Shown: positions 24,774 through 37,797 of the stretch, in pieces
Position numbering within the stretch: position 1 is the stretch's first letter
Layout of the letters: every line of letters begins with the position of its first letter
NCBI RefSeq assembly: GCF_963921235.1
Contig: NC_086108.1
Span: 20,398,001 to 20,462,000 of the forward strand
Reading direction: 5' to 3'
Source of the DNA: Mobula hypostoma
Taxonomy: Eukaryota
Length of the DNA stretch: 64,000 bases
The notes under the pieces: model-generated
Databases searched by the model: none
The model's input: the letters and a program-made list of their open reading frames with translations, nothing else
What the model was told of the DNA's origin: nothing
Program-made: the position numbers and the translations under genes

Positions 24774-27700
24774 CTGTGGCAACGGGCGAGATTTAAGGAT
24801 GGTGTGTTGCCTCCCTGGTGCCGGGATCCAGAATGTCATGGACTGATTGCAGGGAATCCTCAAGAGTGAAGGTGAACATCCGGAAGTGGTGGTGTATGTC
24901 GGCACAAATGACGTGGGGAAGAAGAGGAAAGACATTCTACAGCGTGACTTCAGAGAACTCGGAAGAAGACTGAAAAGCAGGACTTCCAAGGTGGTTATCT
25001 GCGGTTTGCTTCCAGTTCCTCGTGCTGGAGTGGGCAAGAACAGGGAGATAATGGATCTGAATATGTGGCTGAGGAACTGGTGCAGGAAGCAAGGATTTAC
25101 ATTCTTGAACCATTGGGGTATGTTTCGGGGTAAGGATGAATTGTACAAAAGGGACGGGTTGCACCTTAATAAGCGGGGCACCAGCATTCTGGCAGGCAGC
25201 TTTGCCTCTGCAACACCGGTGTGTTTAAACTAAGTAGTGGGGGGAGGGGATGAACTGGAAATATAAGGATGGAGATAAACGAAAAGTGAGAATAAGAAAA
25301 GTTAAGAAAGACAGCAGAATCAGCAGAGCAGAAAGCTCAAGAGGGGATCGTACAGTGTGGCCAAGTGAAATAGGAATTGATATGGGAGGTGAGGGGAGTA
25401 ATGAATTAAAAGTATTATATATGAATGCACGGAGTATAAGAAATAAAGTGGATGAGCTTGAGGCACAGTTGGAAATTGGTAAGTATGATGTTGTGGGAAT
25501 AACAGAGACGTGGCTTCAAGTGGACAGGGCCTGGGAAATGAATATTCAAGGGTATACGTCCTATCGAAAGGACAGACTGATGGGCAGAGGGGGTGGGTTA
25601 GCTCTGTTGTTGAGGAGTGATATTCAGTCCTTTGCAAGGGGGGATATAGAATCAGGAGACGTAGAGTCAGTATGGATAGAACTGAGAAATTCTAAGGGTA
25701 GAAAGACCCTAATGGGAGTTATCTACAGGCCCCCAAACAGTAGTCTGGATGTAGGGTGTAAATTGAATCAAGAGTTAAAATTGGCATGTCACAAAGGTAA
25801 TGCTACAGTTGTTATGAGGGATTTCAACATGCAGGTAGACTGGAGGAATCAGGTTGGTACTGGACCCCAAGAAAGGGAGTTTGTGGAGTCCCTCCGAGAT
25901 GGATTCTTAGAACAGCTTGTGCTGGAGCTTACCAGAGAGAACGCAATTCTAGATTTAGTGTTGTGCAATGAACCGGATTTGATCAGGGACCTCGAGGTAA
26001 AAGAGCCATTAGGGGGTAGTGACCATAATATGATAAGTTTTAATCTACAATTTGAGAGGGAGAAGGGAAACTCGTAAGTGTCAGTATTACAGTTGAACAA
26101 AGGGAACTATGGTGCTATGAGGGAGGAGCTGGCCAAAGTTCAATGGAACAATACCCTAGCAGGAATGACAGTGGAACAGCAATGGCAAGTGTTTCTGGGA
26201 ATAATGCGGAAGGTGCAGGATCAGTTCATTCCAAAGAGGAAAAGAGATCCTAAGGGGAGTAAGGGGAAGCCGTGGCTGACAAAGGAAGTAATGGACAGTA
26301 TAAAAATAAAAGAGAAGTATAACATAGCAAAGACGAGTGGGAAGCCAGAAGATTGGGAAACTTTTAAAGAGCAACAGAAGGTAACTAAAAAGGCAATACA
26401 TGGAGAAAAAATGAGGTACAAAGATAAACTAGCTAAGAATATAAAGGAGGATAGTAAAAGCTTCTTTAGGTATGTGAAAAGGAAAAAAATATTTAAGACC
26501 AAAATTGGGCCCTCGAAGACAGAAACGGGTGAATTTATTATGGGGAACAAGGAAATGGCAGACAAGTTGAACAGGTACTTTGGATCTGTCTTCACTAGGG
26601 AAGACACAAACAATCTCCCAGATATAATAGTGGCCAAAGGACCTAGGGTAATGGATGAACTGAAGGAAATTTATATTAGGCAGGAAATGGTGTTGGATAG
26701 ACTGTTGGGTCTGAAGGCTGATGAGTCCCTGGGACCTGATGGTCTGCATCCCAGGATACTTAAGGAGGTGGCTTTAGAAATTGTGGATGCATTGGTAATC
26801 ATTTTCCAATGTTCTATAGATTCAGGATCAGTTCCCGTGGATTGGAGGGTGGCTAATGTTGTCCCTCTCTTCAAGAAGGAAGGAAGAGAGAAAACAGGGA
26901 ATTATAGACCAGTTAGCCTGACGTCGGTGGTGGGAAAGATGCTGGAGTCATTTATAAAAGATGAAATTACGACACGTCTGGATAGCAGAAACAGGATCGG
27001 TCCGAGTCAGCATGGATTTACGAAGGGGAAATCGTGCTTGACTAATCTTCTGGAATTTTTTGAGGATGTAACTATGAAAATGGACAATGGAGAGCCAGTG
27101 GATATAGTGTACCTGGACTTTCAGAAAGCTTTTGATAAAGTCCCACATAGGAGATTAGTGGGCAAAATTAGGGCACATGGTATTGGGGGCAGACGGCTGA
27201 CATGGATTGAAAATTGGCTGGTTGACAGAAAACAAAGAGTAGCGATTAATAGGTCCTTTTCAGAATGGCAGGCGGTGACCTGTGGGGTACCGCAGGGTTC
27301 AGTGCTGGGACCGCAGCTGTTTACAATATATATTAATGACTTAGATGAGGGAATTAAAAGTAACATTAGCAAATTTGCCGATGACACAAAGCTGGGTGGC
27401 AGTGTGAAATGTGAGGAGGATGTTATGAGAATGTAGGGTGACTTGGACAGGCTAGGTGAGTGGGCAGATGCATGGCAGATGCAGTTTAATGTTGATAAAT
27501 GTGAGGTCATCCACTTTGGTGGTAAGAACAGGAAGGCAGATTATTATCTAAATGGAGTCGAGTTAGGAAAAGGGGAAGTACAGCGAGATCTAGGTGTTCT
27601 TGCACATCAGTCACTGAAAACAAGCATGCAAGTACAGCAGGCAGTGAAGAAAGCTAATGGCATGCTGGCCTTCATAACAAGGGGAATTGAGTATAAGAGC

Positions 27701-28301
27701 AAAGAGGTCCTTCTGCAGTTGTGCAGGGCCTTGGTGAGACCACACCTGGAGTACCGTGTGCAGTTTTGGTCTCCAAATTTGATGAAGGACATTCTTGCCA
27801 TTGAGGGAGTGCAGCGTAGGTTCACAAGGTTAATTCCTGGGATGGCGCGACTGTCATATGTTGAAAGATTGGAGCGACTGGGCTTGTATACTCTGGAATT
27901 TAGAAGGCTGAGAGGGGATCTTATTGAAACATATAAGATTATTAAGGGATTGGACACGCTGGAGGCAGGAAGCATGTTCCCACTGATGGGTGAGTCCAGA
28001 ACCAGAGGCCACAGTGTAAGAATAAGGGGTAGACCATTTAGAACAGAGCTGAGGAAAAATTTTTTCACCCAGAGGGTGGTGGATATATGGAATGTTCTGC
28101 CCCAGAAGGCTGTGGAGGCCAAGTCTCTGGAAGCTTTCAAGAAAGAGATGGATAGAGCTCTTAAAGATAGCAGAATCAAAGGTTATGGGGATAAGGCAGG
28201 AACTGGATACTGATTGTGGATGATCAGGCATGATCACAGTGAATGGCAGTGCTGGCTTGAAGGGCCGAATGGCCTACTCCTGCACCTATTGTCTATTGTC
28301 T
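24774..28301 (+). mobile_element. Young CR1 LINE, 5'-truncated inside ORF1
   Basis: Esterase (VGTND, DGLHLN), a complete ORF2 and a (CTATTGT)n tail. AACTT is duplicated at 24769-24773 and 28303-28307. Confidence 0.95.
25250..28213 (+). pseudogene. CR1 ORF2 (APE + RT), one frame with two internal stops
   Basis: ORFs 25250-26077, 26078-27436 and 27443-28213 are all in the same frame. Confidence 0.93.
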
Positions 28302-29805
28302 AAACTTGGCAACAAAACCATCTATTTCATCATCTAAATCATTTACATACAGCATAAAAAGAAGTGGTCCCAACACCGACCCCTGCAGAACACCACTAGT
28401 CACTGGCAGCCAACCAGAAAAGCATCTTTTTATTCCCACTCTCTGCCTCCTTCCAATCAGCCAATACTCTAACCATGTTAGTAACTTTACTGTAATACCA
28501 TGGGCTATCAACTTGGTAAGCAGCCTTGTCAAAGGCCTTCTGAAAGTCCAAATATACAACATACACTACATCCCCTTTATCTTTCCTACTTGTAATCTCC
28601 TCAAGGAATTCCAACAAGTTGTCGGGCAGGATTTTCCCTGAAGAAAACCATGCTGACTTTCTCTTGTGTCACCAAGTACTCCATCACCTCATCCTTAACA
28701 ATTGACTCTAACAAATTCCTAACCACTGAGGTCAGGCTAACTGGTCTATAATTTACTTTCTGCTGCCTTCCTCCTTTCTTAAAGAGTGGAGTAGCATTTG
28801 CAATTTTCCAGTCCTCTGGTGCCATGCCCAGAGTCCAATGAGTTTTGAAAGATCATTTCTAATGCCACCACAATCTCTAACGCTATCTCTTCCAGAACCC
28901 TAGGTTGCAGTTCATCTGGTCCGGGTGACTTATGTATCCTTAGGTACATTATCCTCAGCTTTTTGAGCACCTTCTCTCTTGTAGCAGTAACTACACCCAC
29001 TTCTCTGCCTTCACACACTGAAACATCTGGCACAATATTAGTGTCTTCCACAGTGAAGACTGATGCAAAATACTCATTTAGTTCATCAGTCATCTCCTTG
29101 TCCTCCATTATTATTTCTCCTGCCTCATTTTCTAGCGGTCCTATATCTACTCTCATTTCTCTTTTATTTTTAAAAACTTGAAAAAAGTTTTACTATCCAC
29201 TTTGATATTATTTGTTAGGTTGTTTTCATATTTCATCTTTTCCCCATCTTATGATTTTTTTAGTTGCTCTCTGTAGGTTTTTAAAACCTTCCCAATCCTC
29301 TATCTTCCCACTAATTTTTGCTTTATTGTATGCCCTTTCTTTAGCTTTTACAATAGCTTTGACTTCCTTTGTCAGCTACGGTTGTATTATTTTATCATTT
29401 GAGTATTTCTTCATTTTTGGAATACACATGTCCAGCACTTTCCTCATTTTTCCCAGAAACGCCCACCATTGCTGCTCTGCTGACATCCCTGCCAGCAGCT
29501 CTTTCCAATTTACTTTGGCCAACTCCTCTCTCATACCACTGTAATTTCTCTTACTCCACTGAAATACTGCTACATCAGACTTTCTCCCTATCAAATTTCA
29601 AGTTGAACACAATCATATTGTGATCACTGATTCCTAAGGGTTCCTTTACCTTAAGCTCCCTCATCGCCTTTGGTTCATTACATAACACCCAATCCAGTAT
29701 AGCTGATCCCCTAGTAGGCTCAATGACAAACTGCTTTAAAAAGCTATCTCTTAGGCATTCACCAAACTCACTCTCTTAAGATCCATTGCCAACCCGATTT
29801 TCCCA

Positions 29806-30085
29806 ATCACTGTTTCCAATTGCATTGTTCCCAAAACCTATAGACTCACTTTCAATGACTCTTCATCTCATGTCCTCAATATTTATTGCTTATTTATTTA
29901 TTTTTTATTATTATTTCTTTTTTTCTTACGTATTTGCACATATTGTTAACTTTTGCACATTGGTGTTTGTCTGTTCTATTGGGTTCGGTCTTTCATTGAT
30001 TCTGGTGTTTTTCTTATATTTACTGTGAATGCCTACAAGAAAATGAATCTCAGGGTTGTATATGGTGACATATATGTACTTTGAC
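29806..30085 (+). mobile_element. Rex1-type 3' UTR, continuation of 20527-21119
   Basis: TGTTCCCAAAACCTATAGACTCACTTTCAA follows the broken motif, as seen uninterrupted at ~16325-16366. Confidence 0.75.
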
Positions 30086-30233
30086 TCTGGGGTATTGAAA
30101 TTGCAGGTCAGATAGGTTTGGCTAAATATTATTTTAAAATTTTCTTTATTTGTCCACATATTTATATCTTAGATAAATTAGCAGTAGTTTCATATGTTGT
30201 AAAATATTTATAAATCTTTAACTATCTACGTCA

Positions 30234-30548
30234 GTGTTGGCGTATGGCCAAGTGGTTAAGGCATTCGTCTAGTGATTTGAAGTTCACTAGTTTGAGCCTT
30301 GGCTGAGGCCGCGTGTGTGTCCTTGAGCAAGGCACTTAACTACACATTGCTCTGTGATGACACCAGTGCCAAGCTGAATAGGTCCTAATGCCCCTCCGTT
30401 GGACAACATCGGTAGCGTGGAGAGGGGAGGCTTGCAACATGGGCAACTGCTGGTCTTCCATACAACCTTGCCCAGGCCTGCGCCCTGGAAACCTTCCAAG
30501 ACGCAAGTCCATGGTCTCATGAGACTAATCGATGCCTATATAAAAAAA
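30234..30548 (+). mobile_element. tRNA-derived SINE with central GTGTCCTTGAGCAAGGCACTTAAC box and RTE-like tail
   Basis: A box TGGCCAAGTGG and 10-bp TSD ATCTAYGTCA at 30224-30233 and 30549-30558. The 3' part is shared with 39705-39903 and 56579-56779. Confidence 0.85.
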
Positions 30549-30645
30549 ATCTATGTCAATTTTGACTATTTTTAAATGACTGGCAAAAAGAGTGAAATAG
30601 ACTTTTAAAGAAGCTGTAGCAATGAATTTTGAACAAAAATCAGCA

Positions 30646-30927
30646 GGGTGCCACGGTAGCGTAGCGGTTAGTGCTACACTACTTCAGCTTGGGGCGTTCT
30701 GGAGTTCAGAGTTCAATTCCGGCCCCTGTCTGTAGGGAGCTTATATGTTCTACCCATGAGCAAGTGTGTTTCCTCTGGGTGCTCCAGTTTCCTCCCATAG
30801 TTCAAAGACATACTAGTTAGTAGGTTAATTGGTCATTTTAAATTGACCTGTGATTAAATGGATGGATTGTTGGGAGGTGCGTCTCATTGGGCGGAAGGGC
30901 CTGTTCTACATTGTATCTCAAAATCAA
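30646..30927 (+). mobile_element. V-SINE (HE1-like)
   Basis: GGTAGCGTAGCGGTTAG head, GTTCAATTCC B box, V-domain and CR1-like tail. Confidence 0.85.
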
Positions 30928-31736
30928 AGTTGATTAGAGCAGTGAGTATCAGGATACAAAGCCGGAGGTGGGGCTGTCACATGCAGTCTACTCTGCGGTG
31001 GACTGGCCAGGAAACCAAGGAAGTTCAGCAGTCACCATAGGGTCAATCACAGCTAATGGCCAATCAAACAAAACCCAATCCAAAGCAGAAATACTCCTCT
31101 TGTCCTAGCCTTATGGTTCAAATGCTCATGATCAATTCTTTATCTTGTCCACCACAAATCCAACACTTGCTTTTGGGTCTCAGAGCTTCTCATGCTCATT
31201 TTGACTTCTGAGGGTCTTCAGTGTGCCTTGGTTCCTCATGGTCTTCATCATCTCCTCTGCTCCCTCACTCCCCATGGACATTGTGTCTGGTATTCCCTCG
31301 ATCATCAAGGACTCATGTCTCCAGTGTTCCCTCCTTATTTTGGGACCTCAACAAATCTGCTCACTTGATCCTCATGAATCTCACCATTTCTATCCTCTCT
31401 CCTTGCAAGGACCTCATTTACCTACACTTCTGCATTCTTGATCTGTGTCCTGTGTTCCCTCATTATTTGTGGTCCTCATTGCCTCCTATGGATGTCAAGA
31501 GGAAAGTAAACCATAAATAAGCATTGATGTCCAGAGGAGACTATAGGTGTAAACCCATAGCTCCCTTGAAGTGGCAATGCAAGTGGATGGGGTGGCAAGG
31601 AAGGTGTCTTCAAAGACCAGGCTATTAAAAATAGAAGTTGAGAAGTCATGTGTAGTTAGGCCAAAGTTATTAAGCAACACACATCAAAGTTGCTGGTGAA
31701 CACAGCAGGTCAGGCAGCATCTCTAGGAAGAGGTAC

Positions 31737-31772
31737 AGTCGACGTTTCAGGCCGAGACCCTTCGTCAGGACT
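31737..31772 (-). ncRNA. Minimal type I hammerhead ribozyme in the Penelope terminal repeat
   Basis: Minus strand AGTC-CTGACGA-AGG(GTCTCGG)CCT-GAAA-CG-TC-GACT. This gives stem I AGTC/GACT, an intact CUGANGA/GAAA/UH core and a palindromic ACGT helix III. Confidence 0.8.
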
Positions 31773-32803
31773 AACTGAAGAAAGAGCTAGTAAGAGATTT
31801 AAAAGTGGGAGGGGGAGGGGGAGATTCAAAATGATAGGAGAAGACAGGAGGGGGAGGGATGGAGCCAAGAGCTGGACAGGTGATTGGCAAAAGGGATACG
31901 AGAGGATCATGGGACAGGAGGCTCAGGGAGAAGGAAAAGGGGGAGGGGGGGAAAAACCCAGAGGATGGGCAAGGGGTATAGTCAGAGGGACAGAGAGAGA
32001 AAAAGGAGAGTGAGAGAAAGAATGTGTGTATATAAATAACGGATGGGGTACAAGGGGGAGGTGGGGCATTAGCAGAAGTTAGAGAAGTCAATGTTCATGC
32101 CATCAGGTTGGAGGCTACCCGGACGGGATATAAGGTGTTGTTCCTCCAATCTGAGTGTGGCTTCATCTTTACAGTAGAGGAGGCCGTGGATAGACATGTC
32201 AGAATGGGAATGGGATGTGGAATTAAAATGTGTGGCCACTGGGAGATCCTGCTTTCTCTGGTGTTCAGCAAAACGATCTCCCAGTCTGCGTCGGGTCTCG
32301 CCAATATATAGAAGGCCACATCAGGAGCACCGGACGTAGTCTATCACCCCAGCCGACTCACAGGTGAAGTGTCGCCTCACCTGGAAGGACTGTCTGGGGC
32401 CCAGAATGGTGGTAAGAGAGGAAGTGTAAGGGCATGTGTAGCACTTGTTCCGCTTACAAGGATAAGTGCCAGGAGGGAGATCAGTGGGGAGGGATGGGGG
32501 GGACAGGGGCGTAAGGAAGCAATCCCTGCGGAAAGCTGGGGGGCGGGGGAGGGAAAGATGTACTTAGTTGTGGGATCCCGCTGGAGGTGGCAGAAGTTAC
32601 GGAGAATAATGTGTTGGACCTGGAGGCTGGTTGGGTGGTAGGTGAGGACCAGGGGAACCCTATTCCTAGTCGGGTGGCGGGAGGATGGAGTGAGAGCAGA
32701 TGTGCGTGAAATGGGGGAGATGCGTTTGAGAGCAGAGTTGATGGTGGAGGAAGGGAAGCCCCTTTCTTTAAAAAAAGAAGATATCTCCCTTGTCCTGGAA
32801 TGG

Positions 32804-33041
32804 AAAGCCTCATCCTGAGAGCAGATGCGGCAGAGACGGAGGAATTGCGAGAAGGAGATGGCACTTTTGCAAGAGACAGGGTGAGAAGAGGAATAGTCCA
32901 GATAGCTGTGAGAGTCAGTAGTTGAAAAGCCTCATCCTAAAAGCAGATGCGGCAGAGACGGAGGAATTGCGAGAAGGGGATGGCATTTTTGCAAGAGACG
33001 GTGAGAAGAGGAATAGTCCAGATAGCTGTGAGAGTCAGTAG
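32804..33041. repeat. ~120-bp tandem duplication inside the Penelope ORF
   Basis: 32804-32921 is repeated at 32926-33041 with a few differences. Confidence 0.9.
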
Positions 33042-34510
33042 GCTTATAGTAGACATCAGTAGATAAGCTGTCTCCAGAGATAGAGACAGAAAGACCTAGA
33101 AAGGGGAGGGAGGTGTCAGAAATGGACCAGATAAACTTGAGGGCAGGGTGAAAGTTGGAGGCAAAGTTAATAAAGTCAATGAGCTCAGCATGCGTGCAGG
33201 AGGCAGCGCCAATGCAGTCGTCGATGTAGCGAAGGAAAAGTGGGGGACAGATACCAGAATAGGTATGGAACATAGATTGTTCCACAAAGCCAACAAAAAG
33301 GCGGGCATAGCTCGGACCCATGCGGGTGCCCATTGTTTTGAGGAAGTGGGAGGAGCCAAAGGAGAAATTATTAAGAGTAAGGACTAATTCCGCTAGACGG
33401 AGCAGAGTGGTGGTAGAGGGGAACTGATTAGGTCTGGAATCCAAAAAGAAGCAGATTTGCAAGACCAGCTTTTTTGTATACTGAATGGCAGGTGCATAGA
33501 ACGTGCAGCCAAGGGAGGTGTTGGAAGCAGATAAAATAGCAAAGATTAAGAGGCATTTTGACGAATATGTGAACAGGCAGGGAATGGTGGGGTATGAACT
33601 GCACAGGTTTATGAGGTTAGTTTAGATTGGCATTATGTCTTCCACAGACATGATGGGCTGAAAGGCCTGTTTCAGTGCCGTATTGTTTTAATTTCTCTTA
33701 CTCCTTATGGACTTGATTATCTCTGCTCCCTCATTCCTGACTGATCTCAGCATCTGCTGTGCAGCCTTACTCTTCATGCCCCAAACAGACTCCAGTAATC
33801 CCTTTCCCCACATGAGCTGTCCAGTTTCCAGTGCTCCCTTGCTCCAATCAATCTCATCATCTCTAACTATCCCTTGCTGTGTCATGTTTCATTTACATTC
33901 CAGCACTCCTTTCATCTTTGAAAGTCTCATTTTCACCAGTCTTCCCCTTTCAATGATCACAGTCTCCCAAGTCCCTAGATCCTCTTCAACCTTACTGTCT
34001 TCAAATGCTCCCTCTTTCACACACTTGCTGACTTATCACTGATCTATAAGTCTCCAGTCTACCTTGTTTATGGAGACTATCATTCCTTTCCATTCTAATC
34101 TCCTCTCCCTAAGTCCACATTATTAAACTATTCACGCCAATTTGAAGATATTCAAATTTGACAGATATTTTTTCTTGAAGATGTAATTTCATTTTAGGGA
34201 GTAAAATTAAAGCTGAAATGGAAGTTTTTTTTGCTTTATTTTAAAGAAAAATGCTTCTACTATTATTTCATGACAGTGCCTATTGATCAGACATTAAGCT
34301 GAACTGAATATATTCCTACCCGAGATGTGAGTATTGTTTGCATTTCAGTATTGTTGATGTTAGGAAGGTGTGCAATTTGCAGGTGGTGCCAATCCATACC
34401 TCTGCCACACCTTTGTCTTTCTAGGTGTAAGAATTTGGGGTTTGAAAGGTGCTGTGATCTTGACAAGCTGCTGTTCCCTTCTCAATTTTGGTGCTTCCAT
34501 CTTCCTCACT

Positions 34511-35503
34511 GATCAGAATCAGAATCAGGTTTATTATCACCGGCATTTGTCGTGAAATTTGTTAACTTAGCAGCAGTGGTTCAATGCAATATGTAATATA
34601 AAAGAAAAAACAAAATAACATAATAATAATAATAAATAAATCAATTACAGTATATGTGTCTTGAATAGATTAAAAATCGTGCAAAAAACAGAAATAATAT
34701 ATATTTTAAAAGTGAGGTAGTGTTCAAGGGTTCAATGCCCATTCAGGAATCAGATGGCAGAGGGGAAGAAACTGTTCCTGAATCACTGAGTGTGTGCCTT
34801 CAGGCTTCTGTATCTCCTACCTGATGGTAACACTGAGAAAAGGGCATGAACTTGGTGCTGGGGGTCCTGAATGATGGATGCTGCCTTTCTGAGACACTGC
34901 TCCCTAAAGATGTCCTGGGTACTTTGTAGGCTAGTATCCAAGATGGAGCTGACTAGATTTACAACCCTCTGCAGCTTCCTTTGGTCCTGTGCAGTAGCCC
35001 CACCCCCCCATGCCAGACAGTGATGCAGCCTGTCAGACTGTTCTCCACAGTACATCTATAGAAGTTTTTGAGTGTACTTGCTGACACACCAAATCTCTTC
35101 AAGCTCCTAATGAAGTATAGCCACTGACTTGCCTTCTTTATAATCACATTGATATGTTGGGACCAGGTTAGGTCCTCAGAAATCTTGACATCCAGGAACT
35201 TGAAACTGCTCACTCTCTCCACATCTGATCCCTCTATGAGGATTGGTATGTGTTCCTTCATCTTACCCTTCCTGAAGACCACAATCAGCTCTTTGGTCTT
35301 GCTAATGTTGAGTGCCAGGTTGTTATGACACCACTCAACTAGCTGGCATATCTCACTCCTGTACACCCTCTCGTCTTCATCTGAGATTCTACCAACAATG
35401 GTTGTATCATCAGCAAATTTATAGATGGTATTTGAGCTATGCCTAGCCACACAGTCATGAGAGAGAGTAGAGCAGTGGGCTAAGCCCTCACCCCTGAGGT
35501 GCA
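34511..35503 (-). mobile_element. Rex1/Babar LINE, 5'-truncated
   Basis: HDCVA...YKFADDTTIVG...KTKELIV, LPSGRRYRSL and an (ATCAGA)n tail at 34512-34528. Confidence 0.92.
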
Positions 35504-36206
35504 AAAGTGAGTCCAGGCACTGTGATTTTAAATATTCCAAACACGAGAGATATGGTCAGAGGTTCAGAGTCAACAGTTGGATCATTCAATGGGGAATCTG
35601 TGACACATGATCTATAAAGAGTACAAAGCAAATTGTGAAATTTCTTATGCAACATCTTTTAAAGCCACACACTCTCACACCTGGTAAATGAAGGACAGCA
35701 AAAAAGCACAGGACTTGAAATAATGAGGAAAGTGTTAATTAGTTATAAACACTTCATCAATGTGAATCATGAATGTTGCAATCACATCTGAAGTGGCTCC
35801 TTTCCTTTCCCTGAACAATAAGGGGATAAATCACCAAAGCATTTTTCTTTAAATGTTAATGGTTGTGCAATCACTTGTTTAGCAGAGTGCACCAGAATGT
35901 GTGGGTGATGTACTCAGTAGTATAATGGATAAATGTTACTCATCAAAAGATTAGTAAGATCACTGTAATAGTTAACTAGTCTGTGAATGGAAAAGGATAC
36001 CAAAGGCTCCCAACCAGTGTGCTTGATGTCCACTTCTGAGGCTCAGTATGCTTCCTAAAGTGCCTTCACTGATTATTATACTGCAGAAACAATTGTAACC
36101 ATACTAACTTCCACATAACACTAATACATAAAATAAATGGTATCGAAAACACAGAGACAGGCATTTGTAAATCTGTCTGCCACTATCTCACAGTCTCTAA
36201 GAGCTC

Positions 36207-36378
36207 TTTAACAGAACTCTTTGAAGATACAGTTAGATTCAGCAACAGACCAGCCCTGATCCACCCTGATCATCCTTAATGGAATCAGGTAGTTTAACAG
36301 AACTCTTTGAAGATACAGTCAGATCCAGCAACAGACCAGCCCTGATCCACGCTGATCATCCTTAATGGAATCAGGTAG
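36207..36378. repeat. 86-bp tandem duplication
   Basis: 36207-36292 and 36293-36378 differ at about three positions. Confidence 0.92.
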
Positions 36379-36944
36379 TTAACTCAAATCTCCACAGTGC
36401 TTCACCCAGTCACTAAACTGTGCAAGACTGCAGGTAAATTGAGTGATAACATCATTAGTTCCTCTACTGGAGGAGATATGATTGTCCTGCAAATTCCTAG
36501 CCCCACCAATGCAGAGATACTGAGTTCTGATTTGCTCTAGTAGTTCGTTAACTGGTCCAGCTAGATTCTGAATAGCGGTGAATCCCTTTCTCACACTTGG
36601 TTGATGGTGGTGGGACTCAATGATGGTAACACTCTAGATGGGGAGATCATTTGTTGGAGTCAATTACTGATCCAATATATATTTTATGTGAATGCTTCTT
36701 ACCAAAATGAGTGTCATCTTGGGGCTGGCATGATTGAGTTCCTAGCACCACAATCATCTTCCTTAAATTCCAATAAGGAATTTTCCCTTTGATGTTCAGT
36801 GAATTCATTTTAACAGTCCCTTGATGCCATACCTAAACAAATGCTGCCCGGATGTCATGTTACCTTTGGAACCCAGACTTTACTTGTTTTTTGCATGATG
36901 ATTTCCACCATTACAACATTCTTCGGCAATCTAAATTCTTGAAA

Positions 36945-37383
36945 GATCGAGTAGTTGGCTGCTTCTCTGAGTGGAGACCTATGATCAGAGGTGTGCTGCA
37001 GGGATCAGTGCCGGGCCCGTTGTTTGTTTCCTATATCAATGATCTGGATGAGAATATGATAAGCTGGATCAGCAAATTTGTGAATGACACCAAGGTTTGG
37101 GGCCATGGTGGGCAGTGAGGAAGGCTATCAAATTTTGCAGCATGATCTGGACCAGCTGAGAAAATGGGCTGAAAGGTGGCAGACAAGTGTGAAGGACTTT
37201 GGAAGGGCAAACCACAGGAGGACACACACAATGAACAGTAGGGCAGTAATTCCTTGAAAGTGGTGGAATAGATAGAGAGGGTTGTAAAGAGAATTTCTGC
37301 CTTCAAAATATTGAGTACAGCAGTTGAGATGTTATGTTGAAGTTGTATAAGACCAAATTTGGAGTATTTTGTACAGTTCTGGT
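36945..37383 (+). mobile_element. Old CR1 fragment split by the Gypsy element (resumes 45509-45650)
   Basis: GVLQGSVPGP...INDLDE and QFW before the LTR. SPT...KIERIQRKF-like sequence follows the other LTR. Confidence 0.75.
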
Positions 37384-37701
37384 TGTTATGTTTTGCAACT
37401 CTAAAATATAAAACTATTTGAAAGAAAAACATGGAGCTGATGATAACTCATGTACATATAGCTTTCAGTTTAGTGAAGTGCACAGATATGATGTGGATTC
37501 ACATACTTTTACATATAATTTGTAGTGAATTATGTAAACAAAGAATGATTATTCAAACAATATACAGCTTTTAAAATATTACTTGAACATTACTGACGTA
37601 TTAAATACACACACTCCTCTTTGCTTAGCTGTAGACTCCCACTCAATATAGAATGCATCTCAATTCAAATATGTAACATATTGCTCTCTATATAGTAATT
37701 C

Positions 37702-37755
37702 ATGTGTATGTATGTATGTATATATATATAGATAGATATATACACACACACACAC

Positions 37756-37796
<41 letters not shown>
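37702..37796. repeat. Compound microsatellite (TATG)n(TA)n(CA)n
   Basis: Read directly from the sequence. It abuts the mariner MITE TIR. Confidence 0.95.

Positions 37797-37797
<1 letters not shown>

Larger units (their letters stand above)
21120..29805 (-). mobile_element. CR1 LINE host copy in three pieces (21120-21452, 24185-24773, 28302-29805)
   Basis: The pieces are collinear parts of one ORF2 and 3' UTR. ATCACTG occurs at both 21113-21119 and 29806-29812. Confidence 0.88.
31673..33455 (-). mobile_element. Penelope-like element (RT + GIY-YIG), 5'-truncated, inserted among CR1 fragments
   Basis: MGTRMGPSYA, FLRYIDD, TDVYYKPTDSHSYL, YIGETRRRL-type endonuclease and EEQHL motifs. Confidence 0.92.

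Noticed and set aside
27121..28237. Long antisense ORFs over CR1 (also 17166-17786, 61414-62088, 63179-63583)
   Set aside because: They recur opposite each CR1 copy as shadows of ORF2 codon usage.
30234..30310. tRNA gene (likewise the heads at 17876, 19337, 30646 and 44917)
   Set aside because: A/B boxes continue into SINE bodies and no full cloverleaf is present.
31180..31500. Pyrimidine-rich ORFs (also 33707-34042)
   Set aside because: No recognisable domain; probably compositional bias or very old LINE remnants.
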